From positions 90,001 through 122,000 of the forward strand of contig JASBSB010000003.1 of NCBI GenBank assembly GCA_030149205.1: 32,000 nucleotides of DNA, given 5' to 3'. Made by a program: the position numbers and the translations under genes. The notes below the pieces were generated by a model. That model was not told the DNA's origin. It saw nothing but the letters and a program-made list of their open reading frames with translations, and made no database searches. The number at the start of each line of letters is the position of its first letter. The first letter of the stretch is position 1. Source of the stretch: Candidatus Heimdallarchaeota archaeon (GTDB lineage Archaea; Asgardarchaeota; Heimdallarchaeia; Heimdallarchaeales; Kariarchaeaceae). Below are positions 16,871 to 27,458 of this stretch, one piece after another.

Positions 16871-17008
16871 TCAATTATTAATATTAAAATTAGATATAAA
16901 GCATTAGGGATACTGGAAACTAATCTAAGAGATTATTAAATTAAATAGTTATCTGCCAATTTTAATAAAAAAGATATTTTTATAAGTGGTCTAAATTCAA
17001 TAATTTTT

Positions 17009-17986
17009 ATGGTATTGTTATTTACGATTTTATGGGGGATATTTCTACTTTTAATGCTGGCTTTATCGTCTGAACTTTTAGCGAAGGGGGCAATATTGTT
17101 AGAACACAAATTTGGTAGCGGTTTTGTCGGATCTGTGGTTTTAGGATTTATTACAATGTTACCTGAGCTAATATTTGTATTGGTTGCAGTTAGGTCAAGA
17201 GAGATTGACGTTGCTTTAGGGTCTGCGGTCGGTGGAAACATTTTGCTTTTTACAATAGGCCTCGGTGCTGTTATTATACTGGCATATTGGAGACATAACA
17301 AAGTAATTGAGCTTCCTTTTACGATTAAGGATGATCTTTATTATCTTGTTGCTTCATCTCTTTACCTCCTCTACGCATCGTGGGATGGTTTTCTTGACAT
17401 CTATGAAGGTATTGTTTTAGTTTTGTTCTATGTCATTTTTGTTATTCACCAGTATTGGGAAGCAAAACGTCATCATGTTGAACCAGAACATGGAGAACCT
17501 CTCCCACGTAAAAAGGTGATAACAACAATAGTATTGTTTTTTGTAGGAGCAATCGGTCTCGTCATAACAGCAGAACCATTTGTTCATGTGATTGTTGAAG
17601 TATCTCATGAAACAGGTGTACCTGCAATGTTTCTTGCATTGGTAATTTCTCCTTTTGCATCTGAACTCCCTGAAAAGATAAATGCGTTTATTCTAACTAT
17701 GAATTCCATGGTAGGGGCTGAAATGGCAATTGCGAATTTCGTTGGATCCAAAATCCAAGCAAATACACTACTATTTGGTTCAATGGTCTTTTATTTTGCA
17801 ACATTAACAGGAGGTGGTAGTGTTGAAGTTGGAAAAAACTTCCTGCAAGTGATGTTATCTATAATATCCACATTAGCAGGTGTTTGGATCCTTTATGATT
17901 ACAAACTTAAATTAAAGGAAGGATATGTTGTGTTCCTGTCTTATATAATAATTGTTTTTGCAATTTATGCTAACGGAGGAGTCTGA
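17009..17986 (+). CDS. Sodium:calcium antiporter (CaCA family)
   Basis: About 10 TM segments with two alpha-repeat motifs, GFITMLPE...GSAVGGNI and FASELPE...ANFVGSKI. Confidence 0.88.
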   Translation: MVLLFTILWGIFLLLMLALSSELLAKGAILLEHKFGSGFVGSVVLGFITMLPELIFVLVAVRSREIDVALGSAVGGNILLFTIGLGAVIILAYWRHNKVIELPFTIKDDLYYLVASSLYLLYASWDGFLDIYEGIVLVLFYVIFVIHQYWEAKRHHVEPEHGEPLPRKKVITTIVLFFVGAIGLVITAEPFVHVIVEVSHETGVPAMFLALVISPFASELPEKINAFILTMNSMVGAEMAIANFVGSKIQANTLLFGSMVFYFATLTGGGSVEVGKNFLQVMLSIISTLAGVWILYDYKLKLKEGYVVFLSYIIIVFAIYANGGV

Positions 17987-18034
17987 ATACAACAGAGTTT
18001 AAAACCCCTTTATTTTGAATATAATTAACTACTT

Positions 18035-18934
18035 ATGAACCCCTTCTTTTTTTTGGATTTTTCTGAGAGCTTTGATATAGGAATAATTCAAAGCATAAAG
18101 TCGGTTACTGGCTCTAATTTAGTTATGTTTACGCATGAATCCTTTTTTGAAATCATGGTTGACAAGGTAGCAGATCGTCTTATAATTTACGCACCAAATC
18201 CAAAACTGGTTGAGGAACATCTACAAAACATCTTTCTAATGCTAGCTTCTCAGACTCAACTCGCAATATTGATTGATGCTCAAAATAGAAACCTTAAAGA
18301 CTCTGTTGAACTTATTACAAATACATTACAAAAAGCTGGTTTTAATTCAGAGTCTGTGTTGATTGAAGAGGTGGATACAAGATTCAAAATGAAGCTTGAA
18401 TCTCTTAAGGAGTTTTTCTGTGAACAACAAAGCTCCAATCTTAAACCAATATCACAAGCTGATGAGACGGATCAGATTAGAATATTTTTCTCGAAAATAA
18501 CTGAGTCTGGTCCAAGTATAATTATGGAAGATGCAAGTAGTGATTCAACACTTGGAATTGATAAATCCATGCTTTTGAGTTTAGCAACGAACCTCTCAAT
18601 AATTTTCGGACAGGGTCACCAATATGTTGAAGGTGTGATAACCCTACCTCTTAAACAAAAAATGAGCCACAAGATCATAGCTTTGACTTTAAGACTTCCT
18701 GATCAGTCTAATATAGTGGACAAACGATTGGACATTGGGGCTGGATTATTGGGTCTTATCATCCCAAACAAGCAGTTTGAAATTTTCATGAATAACTATA
18801 TACAAAAGGAAAAGGGTTTGCTTAAACATTTTAAATCATATTTTGATTTCTCCAATCTTCAGAACAGACCTTTATCTGAGTTAAAGGGAGAAATGATAGA
18901 TATACTTTCTACTTCAATATCGAGGAGCAATTGA
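18035..18934 (+). CDS. Hypothetical protein, possible C-terminal longin/uDENN-like domain
   Basis: 299-aa ORF; FFSKITESGPSII...LSIIFGQG...TLPL...IIALTL...DKR..LLGLII beta-beta-alpha-beta-beta-beta pattern. Confidence 0.5.
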   Translation: MNPFFFLDFSESFDIGIIQSIKSVTGSNLVMFTHESFFEIMVDKVADRLIIYAPNPKLVEEHLQNIFLMLASQTQLAILIDAQNRNLKDSVELITNTLQKAGFNSESVLIEEVDTRFKMKLESLKEFFCEQQSSNLKPISQADETDQIRIFFSKITESGPSIIMEDASSDSTLGIDKSMLLSLATNLSIIFGQGHQYVEGVITLPLKQKMSHKIIALTLRLPDQSNIVDKRLDIGAGLLGLIIPNKQFEIFMNNYIQKEKGLLKHFKSYFDFSNLQNRPLSELKGEMIDILSTSISRSN

Positions 18935-18977
18935 AATCTAACTAGAGGTTTTTTACAATTAAAAGTTATATATAGTT

Positions 18978-21656
18978 GTGAAAAAAGTTCGAAAGCTAAT
19001 TGGGGTCTTTCTAAATTGGAGAAGAATAGATTCCGATTCTTTCGAAGTAGATTTTTATTTGGTACCTTTTTCACAATCTCTTATTAAAATTAAACCAATT
19101 TTACGGTCAGATATACTATTGGATCTTCGTCCATCAAAGCTTCATGCGATGAGAACTAGAATCCACACTGGACACCTTAAAAAACCGATGACCTTTAAAG
19201 CATATAAAGAGAAGAACTTCAGAAATCTTGAGATAGTTGGAATTTCAAAGCAAGACAATATAGATCATCTTGATTTGTTTTTAAAGTTTTTAACTGATAA
19301 TGGGCTTCCACCACCAAAATGGTTTGAGCTCTGTAAATTCTGTATTTCAAAATACAATCTTATAAGTATAATAACTCCTAAAACTGCATACGAATATTTT
19401 GGAAATAAAGTCTGTTATTATTGCGCTTTAGAGGAGATAAAGGATGATTTCAGAAGAAGGGGATTAGAGATTACTGAGTCAACCAACAGCTTCATTACGC
19501 AACAACTTAGAAGAACGAAATCAGTAGATAAAACTGTGGACCTTGTAACCAATCGAAGGTCTCTGGTCGACAACATCGCACCCTCATTGTTTGATGTAAT
19601 ACCAGCAGACAATACCACAACCCCAGTAAATCTGAGAAAATGGTTCAAAACAGGAAGATTTAATGATAAAGTTCCAGAAAATCTAATTAAACACTGGGAG
19701 GGTTTAGGGTACACACAACTACTTCCAGCTCAACTCTTAGCACTCAACAATGGCCTTTTAGATTTGGAACATTTGCTAGTTGTAGCAGGTACATCTTCAG
19801 GAAAAACCTTTATAGCGGAAATTGCAGGTTTAACACAATGGATAAAGAAACAAGCAACTTTTATCTTTCTAACCCCATTGGTTGCACTTACCAACCAAAA
19901 GTATGAGGATTTTAAGAAAAAATACAGACCATTAGGTGCTAGAGTAAGCATCAGGGTTGGAATGACGCAGATAGAAGTCAATGATCAAGACAAGGTTATT
20001 GTAGATGGTCGGATTAAGGGTGCTGATATAATAGTTGCTACCTATGAAGCTTTTGATTGGATATTGAGAAGTGGTGAATACAAGAAAATATCTAATTTAG
20101 GTTTGGTAGTAATAGATGAGGTTCAACTGTTAGGGGATGAAGAACGCGGTCAGGAATTAGATGGAATTATCGCTAGAACAAAACTATTATTTCCACATAC
20201 ACAAATTATTGCACTTTCAGCAACAATTGGAAACAGTCAAGAATTGGCTGAAGACCTCGAAATGTCATTAGTAGAATATAATAAGAGACCAGTTGCAGTA
20301 GAACGATATATAACACTTCTTGAAAAAGATGAGGAAAAAATATCTTTAATTGCAGATTTAATTAAAAAAGACTCTAAAATCAAATCCAAGGAAGGATATT
20401 TCGGTAAAAGCTTGGTCTTTACAAATTCAAGAAGAAGAACACAAGAGATAACTGTTTTTCTCAGATCTGAGGGTATCAGAGTTGCGTATTATCATGCAGG
20501 TTTGACATATTATGAAAGGAAACGAGTTGAATCAAGGTTTGAGAAAGGAGAAATTGATGCTATTGTGACCACCGCAGCTCTTGGAGCAGGGATTGATTTT
20601 CCGATTTCACAAGTTATTCTTGAAAGACCTGCGATGGGAGTTAGGTGGTTAACAGTTGCTGAATTTTATCAGATGTTAGGGAGAGCTGGTAGGTTTGGAT
20701 ACCATTCAGTTGGTAAAGTACATTTATTACTCACACCGGGTTCGAAAATCTACGCGGGTATGAATGGAACTGAAGACACTGTTGGATTTGACCTCTTAGT
20801 AAAGGAGGTGGAACCCATAGATCTGAACATTGATTTTCAAAGTGAGGCTGAGCAGGTATTAGCTTTTGTTGCAACTCAATCAAAGACTAACTCAAAGAGA
20901 ATAAACCTATTCTATGAAAAATTAGTCTTTGAAACTAGACAGATACAAGAGATCATTAAAGTTTTGAACCATTTCAAAATGATAAGGAAGGATCGCTCAG
21001 AGGTCTATTTGAGCTTGTTGGGAAGAGCTACAGCAGAAAGCTTCCTTACTCCAAAACTCGCCTATCAGGTAGCTGTGGACACATTAAATAAGTCTGTGTT
21101 GGATGTAGCACTTAGTTTAACACCCTTCGAATCTTTGCAACTTTCTTCTAGAGCCCACGCAAGACTCGAACAAACCTTCAAAGCAAGGGTAAGCACAAGG
21201 TTCTTTAATGATACAGTTTTAGAACTAATCTCAGGGAATAGAAGCAGCAACCATACCATATCAAAATCGTTTTCGTTATTAATCAATAAATGGATAAAAT
21301 TATTTTTTGATTGTCAGTGTAAAGAAAATCCATATTGTGAACATCCCCAGATTAAAGCTTCAAAATTGATTCTAAATTTAAGAATGAAAGAAAAACTAAA
21401 TCCTGTTCAAATTAACAATATCCTGATCCAAAAATATGATCTCATGGCATATCCTGGTGACCTGTTTGCCTGGTTAGAAACTGTTCTTCATTCATTAGAA
21501 AGCATTTCTAAACTGGCTACTGCGATGAAAAAGGATGAAATCGCAGATGAGGCAAAAGAACTGAGAAAAGAAATTAGTCAAGCTCGAGGGAAACGTGGTG
21601 TTCCCAAGGGCCGGAAATCTAGAAAAAGACCACAAAAATCAATAAAATCCAAATAA
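18978..21656 (+). CDS. Archaea-specific SF2 (DEAD/DEAH-box) helicase, COG1202/DUF5814-like
   Basis: AGTSSGKT (motif I), PLVALTNQK, DEVQ (II), SAT (III), YHAGL, QMLGRAGR (VI), C-terminal CQCKENPYCEH, basic tail. Confidence 0.9.
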   Translation: MKKVRKLIGVFLNWRRIDSDSFEVDFYLVPFSQSLIKIKPILRSDILLDLRPSKLHAMRTRIHTGHLKKPMTFKAYKEKNFRNLEIVGISKQDNIDHLDLFLKFLTDNGLPPPKWFELCKFCISKYNLISIITPKTAYEYFGNKVCYYCALEEIKDDFRRRGLEITESTNSFITQQLRRTKSVDKTVDLVTNRRSLVDNIAPSLFDVIPADNTTTPVNLRKWFKTGRFNDKVPENLIKHWEGLGYTQLLPAQLLALNNGLLDLEHLLVVAGTSSGKTFIAEIAGLTQWIKKQATFIFLTPLVALTNQKYEDFKKKYRPLGARVSIRVGMTQIEVNDQDKVIVDGRIKGADIIVATYEAFDWILRSGEYKKISNLGLVVIDEVQLLGDEERGQELDGIIARTKLLFPHTQIIALSATIGNSQELAEDLEMSLVEYNKRPVAVERYITLLEKDEEKISLIADLIKKDSKIKSKEGYFGKSLVFTNSRRRTQEITVFLRSEGIRVAYYHAGLTYYERKRVESRFEKGEIDAIVTTAALGAGIDFPISQVILERPAMGVRWLTVAEFYQMLGRAGRFGYHSVGKVHLLLTPGSKIYAGMNGTEDTVGFDLLVKEVEPIDLNIDFQSEAEQVLAFVATQSKTNSKRINLFYEKLVFETRQIQEIIKVLNHFKMIRKDRSEVYLSLLGRATAESFLTPKLAYQVAVDTLNKSVLDVALSLTPFESLQLSSRAHARLEQTFKARVSTRFFNDTVLELISGNRSSNHTISKSFSLLINKWIKLFFDCQCKENPYCEHPQIKASKLILNLRMKEKLNPVQINNILIQKYDLMAYPGDLFAWLETVLHSLESISKLATAMKKDEIADEAKELRKEISQARGKRGVPKGRKSRKRPQKSIKSK

Positions 21657-22595
21657 CTAAAGTTCTTCTGCCAAAGTAATGGGTTCGCTCATTTTAATTG
21701 CCAAATCATTTAGGTCGATTTTTCTAGTTTGAATGTTATTGACCAAACCTGATCGAATTAATCGATTAGTAACTCTCTGTGCTTGATTTGTATCATTTGG
21801 ATAAAATTTAATTATCGAACCAGTTTTAATGTAATGAGGCCAAATCTCACGTAATTCATGATCTGTTAACGATCTTTTTGGAATTGCATTTATTTCATAA
21901 GAATAAGGCAATGATTCCGTTAGTTCTTTTATTGATATAGTTTGGTTAGATATTCCTCCAGGTTTTAATATTAAGATTTCACTACACAATCTCTCAATAA
22001 CGTTACTGTCATGATCCACAATTAATAGAGTTTTATTTTGAACCTTATTGGAAAGGTATTCTAAAACTTCTTCCTTACGATTGACATCTAAACCGAGAGT
22101 AACCTCATCCAAGAAGAGAATCTCACTCCTTTCCTTCATAAGCCCAATAGCAAGTCTTGTGATGGCTTTTTGTCCCTCACTAAATGTCTCTGCTCGTTTG
22201 TCTATGATATGAGTCATGTTCATATCTTGGATAAATTTGTAGGCGTCCTCAGTAGAACTATTTTGGACTTTTGCAAAAAAGTTTAGATTCTCTTCTAAGG
22301 TTAATTTTCGCTGAAAGTCTAATCCTGCCGATACAAAAACCACTCTTTCTTGAATTTCTCTTGTTTGTTTACGAAGATCCAAGTCAAGTATTTTGCAATC
22401 ACCTTCGTCTGGTAGATATAGAGTTGATAAAACTTTTAACAAAGTGGTTTTTCCAGAACCATTGCCACCGGTCACCGCAAGTTTAGCGCCTTTTCTTAGC
22501 TGAAAACTAATATCAGTTAAAATTTTGATGGGAGCTTGACCGGGAGATCGAAAAATCTTGGATAGGTTTTTACAGGTTATAGCGTAATTTACCAT
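21657..22595 (-). CDS. ABC transporter ATP-binding protein (export type)
   Basis: Walker A GGNGSGKT, signature FSEGQ, Walker B ILFLDE, H-loop VDH. Confidence 0.9.
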   Translation of the reverse strand: MVNYAITCKNLSKIFRSPGQAPIKILTDISFQLRKGAKLAVTGGNGSGKTTLLKVLSTLYLPDEGDCKILDLDLRKQTREIQERVVFVSAGLDFQRKLTLEENLNFFAKVQNSSTEDAYKFIQDMNMTHIIDKRAETFSEGQKAITRLAIGLMKERSEILFLDEVTLGLDVNRKEEVLEYLSNKVQNKTLLIVDHDSNVIERLCSEILILKPGGISNQTISIKELTESLPYSYEINAIPKRSLTDHELREIWPHYIKTGSIIKFYPNDTNQAQRVTNRLIRSGLVNNIQTRKIDLNDLAIKMSEPITLAEEL

Positions 22596-22605
22596 TTTTT
22601 GTCCC

Positions 22606-23535
22606 TCAATAAAATTCTATGGTACCCCATTTTCTGCTTACCTTTGTTAACATTCCTGCAAAAACAATTGAAATTAATACAAAAATAATTGAAACAATCA
22701 ACATAAAATGTATGGTTGGGTCTGTGATTCCAAAATTTGTTGCGTTTAATCCAAACAATTGGTTGAAGCCCTCAAATGGTAGACCATCCTTTGAACTTAA
22801 TCCACCATTTTGTAGTGCTGATTGGGTAGGAACTGAAAATATCCATCGTAGGGATTCTAGTGCATATGTTGGAGGAAACCATATAAGCAAGTTAGAGAGA
22901 GGTTTCCCAAACAAATGAATGCTCTTATCAAATGAAAAAATTGGTACAATACCACCTGAGGCAAAACGTACCACATAGATTCCAACTTTATTAAACGTTG
23001 TAGTTTTTTTAAAAATTAATGAAACAGAGGTAAAAATCAGAGTAACCCCCATCATGAATATCCATGCGATGATGAAGACAATTGTAGAAGAAACAATCAA
23101 AGTTAAAGAACTTGGATATACCCCTTTGAAGACTAAGGGAGGTATTACAATTACAAATAACACAATCATCCACCTTGCTGTTGCGGCTATATATCTACCA
23201 ACGATTAATAGCACTGGAGACACTGAATTGGTGACTAAAAAGCCCATTGTTCCTAGCTTGTTTTCCTCAATAATCGCGTCTACTGTTGATTCCATAACTC
23301 CAGAGAACACAGTGTAAAATCCTGTAGCAACTAGGAAGAAGGTGATCATTGAATAAGGTACCCCTGAGGGTGAAGCAGTGGCATCCCAAGCAGCACCGAG
23401 TAATACAAACACTAAAACATTTACCGCAGTCCATGTTATTTCAACTATTATCTGAAACTTGTAGCGAAGGTCTACAATTAGATTCCTTTTGATGACTGCG
23501 TTAAGCATTCTTAACTCGGAGAACAAAGCGAACAT
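22606..23535 (-). CDS. ABC-2 type transporter permease
   Basis: About 6 TM segments; EENKLGTMGFL and FPPTYALESLR motifs; 10 nt upstream of the ATPase on the same strand. Confidence 0.85.
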   Translation of the reverse strand: MFALFSELRMLNAVIKRNLIVDLRYKFQIIVEITWTAVNVLVFVLLGAAWDATASPSGVPYSMITFFLVATGFYTVFSGVMESTVDAIIEENKLGTMGFLVTNSVSPVLLIVGRYIAATARWMIVLFVIVIPPLVFKGVYPSSLTLIVSSTIVFIIAWIFMMGVTLIFTSVSLIFKKTTTFNKVGIYVVRFASGGIVPIFSFDKSIHLFGKPLSNLLIWFPPTYALESLRWIFSVPTQSALQNGGLSSKDGLPFEGFNQLFGLNATNFGITDPTIHFMLIVSIIFVLISIVFAGMLTKVSRKWGTIEFY

Positions 23536-23693
23536 CTTGATTTATCTAAAATTATTTCCAACACAAAGATATTTTAATCTAAGCCTAACAATCCTGAAGA
23601 ATTATCACTGAAATACTAATTGCAAAAAATGATGTTTATCTTAAGTGGTGTTCATACGAAACGGTTATTTTAAGTGAGTTTGGCAGTATAATT

Positions 23694-25229
23694 GTGTGTG
23701 TTGCAATATTAGATTTTGGCTCTCAGTACAGTCATTTAATAGTCAGACGAATTAGAGGTTTAGGATACAACGCTTTTCTTTTACCTCCGTCAACCACCTA
23801 TAGTCAATTGAGGAAACTAAGTGTGAAAGCAGTAATACTATCTGGAGGGCCACAGGATGCATATATCCAAGGATCCTTGAGGGTGGATCACAAAATTTTG
23901 GATTCAGAGCTTCCTCTTCTTGGAATTTGTTATGGACACCAATTATTGACTATTCAATCAGATGGACTGGTTGAACGTGGTGAAAAGGCAGAATACGGGA
24001 TTGCAGATGTTAAAATCAATAACAAAAATTCATTGTTCAGAGGGATTAAAACTGACTCCATCCAAGTTTGGATGTCGCATTCAGATAAGGTACAGTCACC
24101 TCCTAAAACTGCAAAGGTCCTAGCATCTAGTGCAACAGACATGTATACAGCTTTAGAATTTACACCAACCCGCTTTAGTGTTCAATTTCATCCTGAGGTA
24201 TCTCATACTGAATTTGGGTTAAACATATTAAGCAACTTTATGGAACTTACAAAATGTGAAAAAAATTGGAATCCTTCTCAGATATATACTGATATTCATA
24301 ATTCTCTACTAGGTAAAGAAGGTAACATCCTAATGGCAGTGTCTGGAGGGGTTGATTCTACAGTAGCAGCTGCATTAATAAATGAGATTTACCCTGATAA
24401 CCTGTATTGTGTGTATGTTGACACAGGATTAATGCGTGATGGAGAAACCGAGTATGTCAAATCAGTGTTTAATAAATTACACATAAATCATCTTTTCATT
24501 GTTGAGGCACAAGACCTCTTTCTTAGTCGCTTAAAGGGAGTTAAAGACCCAGAGCAGAAAAGAAAGATCATTGGACAGACATTTATAGAAATTTTTGTCG
24601 ATGAATCTAAAAAGTTAGAAAAACAATTTGGAAACTTTTCATATCTTGGTCAGGGAACAATTTACCCTGATAGAGTTGAAAGTTCCTTTGATAAAGATGG
24701 AAATTCAAAGGTTATAAAATCACATCATAATGTTGGTGGATTGCCTGATTATCTACCCTTTGACCTAATCGAACCTTTGAAAGAGTTATACAAGGACGAG
24801 GTAAGAGAAATAGGTAAGAGACTCAAATTGGATGAAGAATTTTTGTCAAGACAACCATTTCCTGGCCCAGGACTAGCTGTTAGAATTTTAGGAACAATAG
24901 ATGAAGAAAAATTAAATATAGTTAGGAAAGCTGACAAAATATTACACGAAGAATTGAAACGGAATAACCTGATTGAAAAAGCTTGGCAATTTTATGCAGC
25001 CCTGTTACCTATAAAAACAGTTGGAGTAAAAGGGGATGCCAGAAGTTATGAAAACTCAATTGTAATAAGAATAATCGATTCTATTGATGGGATGACGGCG
25101 GATATTATTGACTTACCCAAAAAAGAGGCTGTGAGAATTTCATCAAGAATTGTGAATGAAATTGATGGAGTGAACCGTGTATTCTATGATATCACACAAA
25201 AACCACCAGCAACTATTGAATTGGAGTAA
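23694..25229 (+). CDS. guaA: GMP synthase (glutamine-hydrolysing), fused GATase and ATPPase
   Basis: ILDFGSQY, GICYGHQ (catalytic Cys), QFHPEV, SGGVDS PP-loop, KSHHNVGGL, PFPGPGLAVR, KPPATIE. Confidence 0.97.
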   Translation: MCVAILDFGSQYSHLIVRRIRGLGYNAFLLPPSTTYSQLRKLSVKAVILSGGPQDAYIQGSLRVDHKILDSELPLLGICYGHQLLTIQSDGLVERGEKAEYGIADVKINNKNSLFRGIKTDSIQVWMSHSDKVQSPPKTAKVLASSATDMYTALEFTPTRFSVQFHPEVSHTEFGLNILSNFMELTKCEKNWNPSQIYTDIHNSLLGKEGNILMAVSGGVDSTVAAALINEIYPDNLYCVYVDTGLMRDGETEYVKSVFNKLHINHLFIVEAQDLFLSRLKGVKDPEQKRKIIGQTFIEIFVDESKKLEKQFGNFSYLGQGTIYPDRVESSFDKDGNSKVIKSHHNVGGLPDYLPFDLIEPLKELYKDEVREIGKRLKLDEEFLSRQPFPGPGLAVRILGTIDEEKLNIVRKADKILHEELKRNNLIEKAWQFYAALLPIKTVGVKGDARSYENSIVIRIIDSIDGMTADIIDLPKKEAVRISSRIVNEIDGVNRVFYDITQKPPATIELE

Positions 25230-25238
25230 ATTCAAAGC

Positions 25239-26006
25239 ATGAATCCGCAAAGAATTCTAATAGTTGGGCATGTTAGTCTCGATGTAATAGGGGGAGAAAA
25301 GAGAGTGGGAGGCCCACCATATTACATCCATAACACTCTAAAAGGTAAAGGACATGAGCTGACTATTTTTACCTCATATGGTAAAGATTTTACCTATGAA
25401 TTTCCAGCAAACGTCAATGTTATTCTAACCCCAGCTAAAAAAACCACTACCTACGAATTCTCTGAAGGTGATGATGAGTCAGATGATCGAACTCTTCGTT
25501 TGAGATCAAAAGCATCTCAACTCGAATTTAGTGATTTTAAGGAAAAAGGGCACTATGATTGGGTTATAATATCTGGTATAGCGGGTGAAATCAATATTGA
25601 ATCCCTTCTTGAATTTACAAAATTAGGTGAACGAAGCATCCTTGATTTACAATCTGTTACCAGACAATTTAATTCTAATAACAAGGTAGTGGTTAATCCC
25701 AATATAATTGACGTCAAGGATCTAATGGATAATTTCTTCCTTATCAAAGGCTCAACTGGAGAAATTGATATTAACAACATTGAAGAAATAACTACGAATA
25801 TACTCATCACAAAAGGAGAAAGGGGTGGGATTCTTTATACAAACAATGATTATTTTGATCTTAAAATTGACGGTGATGTTAAACCATATTCACAAACTAT
25901 TGGAATGGGAGACAGGTTGATAGGGTTAATACCTCATTATTATGTGGATAAACATTCTTTGGTTGTTGCAATTGAAAAATCTATGAAGCAACTGCTTAAT
26001 CTTTGA
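25239..26006 (+). CDS. PfkB/ribokinase-family kinase
   Basis: GHVSLD, GGPPYY, ITKGERG, TIGMGD (variant anion hole); 9 nt downstream of guaA. Confidence 0.8.
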   Translation: MNPQRILIVGHVSLDVIGGEKRVGGPPYYIHNTLKGKGHELTIFTSYGKDFTYEFPANVNVILTPAKKTTTYEFSEGDDESDDRTLRLRSKASQLEFSDFKEKGHYDWVIISGIAGEINIESLLEFTKLGERSILDLQSVTRQFNSNNKVVVNPNIIDVKDLMDNFFLIKGSTGEIDINNIEEITTNILITKGERGGILYTNNDYFDLKIDGDVKPYSQTIGMGDRLIGLIPHYYVDKHSLVVAIEKSMKQLLNL

Positions 26007-26033
26007 TCAATTTACTTTAATTAATGTTTAGGA

Positions 26034-27458
26034 CTATTCAAGGGCTTTTACTCTAGGATCATTTAAAATTTCTTGTAGGAGCCCAGCAAAGGCATTTGCA
26101 ATTTGAGTTGAGTTGGCTCTTGGTACATAACCCATTTTATTCATCCTAAACCAGAATTGATTCATTATGTACTCTCTGTTCTTTTCAAAATGCTCCTGAG
26201 GGTTTTCAGTGAATTCTTTGTAATATCTGACATCTATAAATAACACTAGAAATTGAGGATACTCCTTCATAATTGGATAGAAGAAGTCATTTAAGAAATA
26301 TTCCCTATACTTTTCCATATGAGGGATATCCTGTTTTCCAAACTCTTCTAAGGCTCGTCTTCTAAGAATCGTTTCAATGAGTCTTTTGGCCTTGATTCTT
26401 TGTTCTCCCATAAATGGTCGATTAAAATGGATAGCTTCAAAGATCATTCTATCCACGTTTGCCCTCAATGATTCTGTTGCTCCCTGTCTTGGTTGTTTTA
26501 CATTCAATAAGTTTTGGCTTGCCTCTTTTGATTCTTTCTTTTGTTTTATTGCTTCATCAATCTGAGGTTGTACCATCAATTTTACTTTGTCGTAATAAAC
26601 TTCAAATATCTGTGATTTGGTTAAATCCCAATATAAATCATCTCCGGAACTTAACGGATAGGTATTTGACAAGTTTTCATAAAGGTCAAATATTGATATA
26701 TTCTCTAGATTTTCTCTTGTGATTCCTTTGAATCCGTAAGAGATGTGAGCAATAGCATATCTTAGGTCTAATTCAACTCCACTTGATTTGTAAAGTTGAT
26801 AGATATGATCAATCAAGGGGATCAAATGTTCTCTAATAAGAATAGAAGAAATTGCCAAGGGAATTCGCTCATTTACATTATGAAGAATTAAATCTTTGAT
26901 AAATAGATTAATTGCAGACACATTGAAAATATTTGCCTGATAATACGCACTTAATACTTTGACTAATGGGGTTTCACCTTTGTTTGCATTCGAAGTTCGT
27001 TCTTGCCATGTCGGTGTGTTAATCGATTGTACGAATTTTTTTGGGATTGGTTTTAGATCTGACCTTCCTTTTACCTCAATTTGCTTTTCTTCAATTTGTT
27101 CAGGTTGAGTAATTTCTTCAGATACCGGATTACTTTCCTCAATCTCCTTCTCATCAGTTTCGGTGTTGTAAGATGATGGTATAATGGTACTTAGGTAATT
27201 TACGTCCTTAACAAATGATGTGACATCATAATCCACCAAAGACTCATCAGTAAGGCATATCCCGTATAATGCTGCAAGATTCCTGATTTCTCTGTCTTCA
27301 TAGTTTAAATGTTGTTTGATTTTTTCAACAAGTGAGTTTACATATTCCCCTTGGGTGGTTTGAAATACCTCAATCCTTGAAGAAATCGAAGTGAACACTT
27401 TTGCATATTCTTCTGTTATTTCATTTTGTAGATTTCTGCTGACACTCAAATTAAGCAC
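26034..27458 (-). CDS. Hypothetical, predominantly alpha-helical protein with an acidic linker
   Basis: 474-aa ORF with an 8-nt overlap to the upstream gene; no recognised motif. Confidence 0.7.
   Translation of the reverse strand: MLNLSVSRNLQNEITEEYAKVFTSISSRIEVFQTTQGEYVNSLVEKIKQHLNYEDREIRNLAALYGICLTDESLVDYDVTSFVKDVNYLSTIIPSSYNTETDEKEIEESNPVSEEITQPEQIEEKQIEVKGRSDLKPIPKKFVQSINTPTWQERTSNANKGETPLVKVLSAYYQANIFNVSAINLFIKDLILHNVNERIPLAISSILIREHLIPLIDHIYQLYKSSGVELDLRYAIAHISYGFKGITRENLENISIFDLYENLSNTYPLSSGDDLYWDLTKSQIFEVYYDKVKLMVQPQIDEAIKQKKESKEASQNLLNVKQPRQGATESLRANVDRMIFEAIHFNRPFMGEQRIKAKRLIETILRRRALEEFGKQDIPHMEKYREYFLNDFFYPIMKEYPQFLVLFIDVRYYKEFTENPQEHFEKNREYIMNQFWFRMNKMGYVPRANSTQIANAFAGLLQEILNDPRVKALE

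Noticed and set aside
21654-21659. Back-to-back stop codons of the helicase and ABC ATPase with zero intergenic space
   Set aside because: Tight convergent packing is common in compact archaeal genomes; no further structure seen
21657-22595. FSEGQ signature as a sign of an inactive or novel ABC ATPase
   Set aside because: Walker A, Walker B glutamate and H-loop are intact; signature variation of this degree is ordinary
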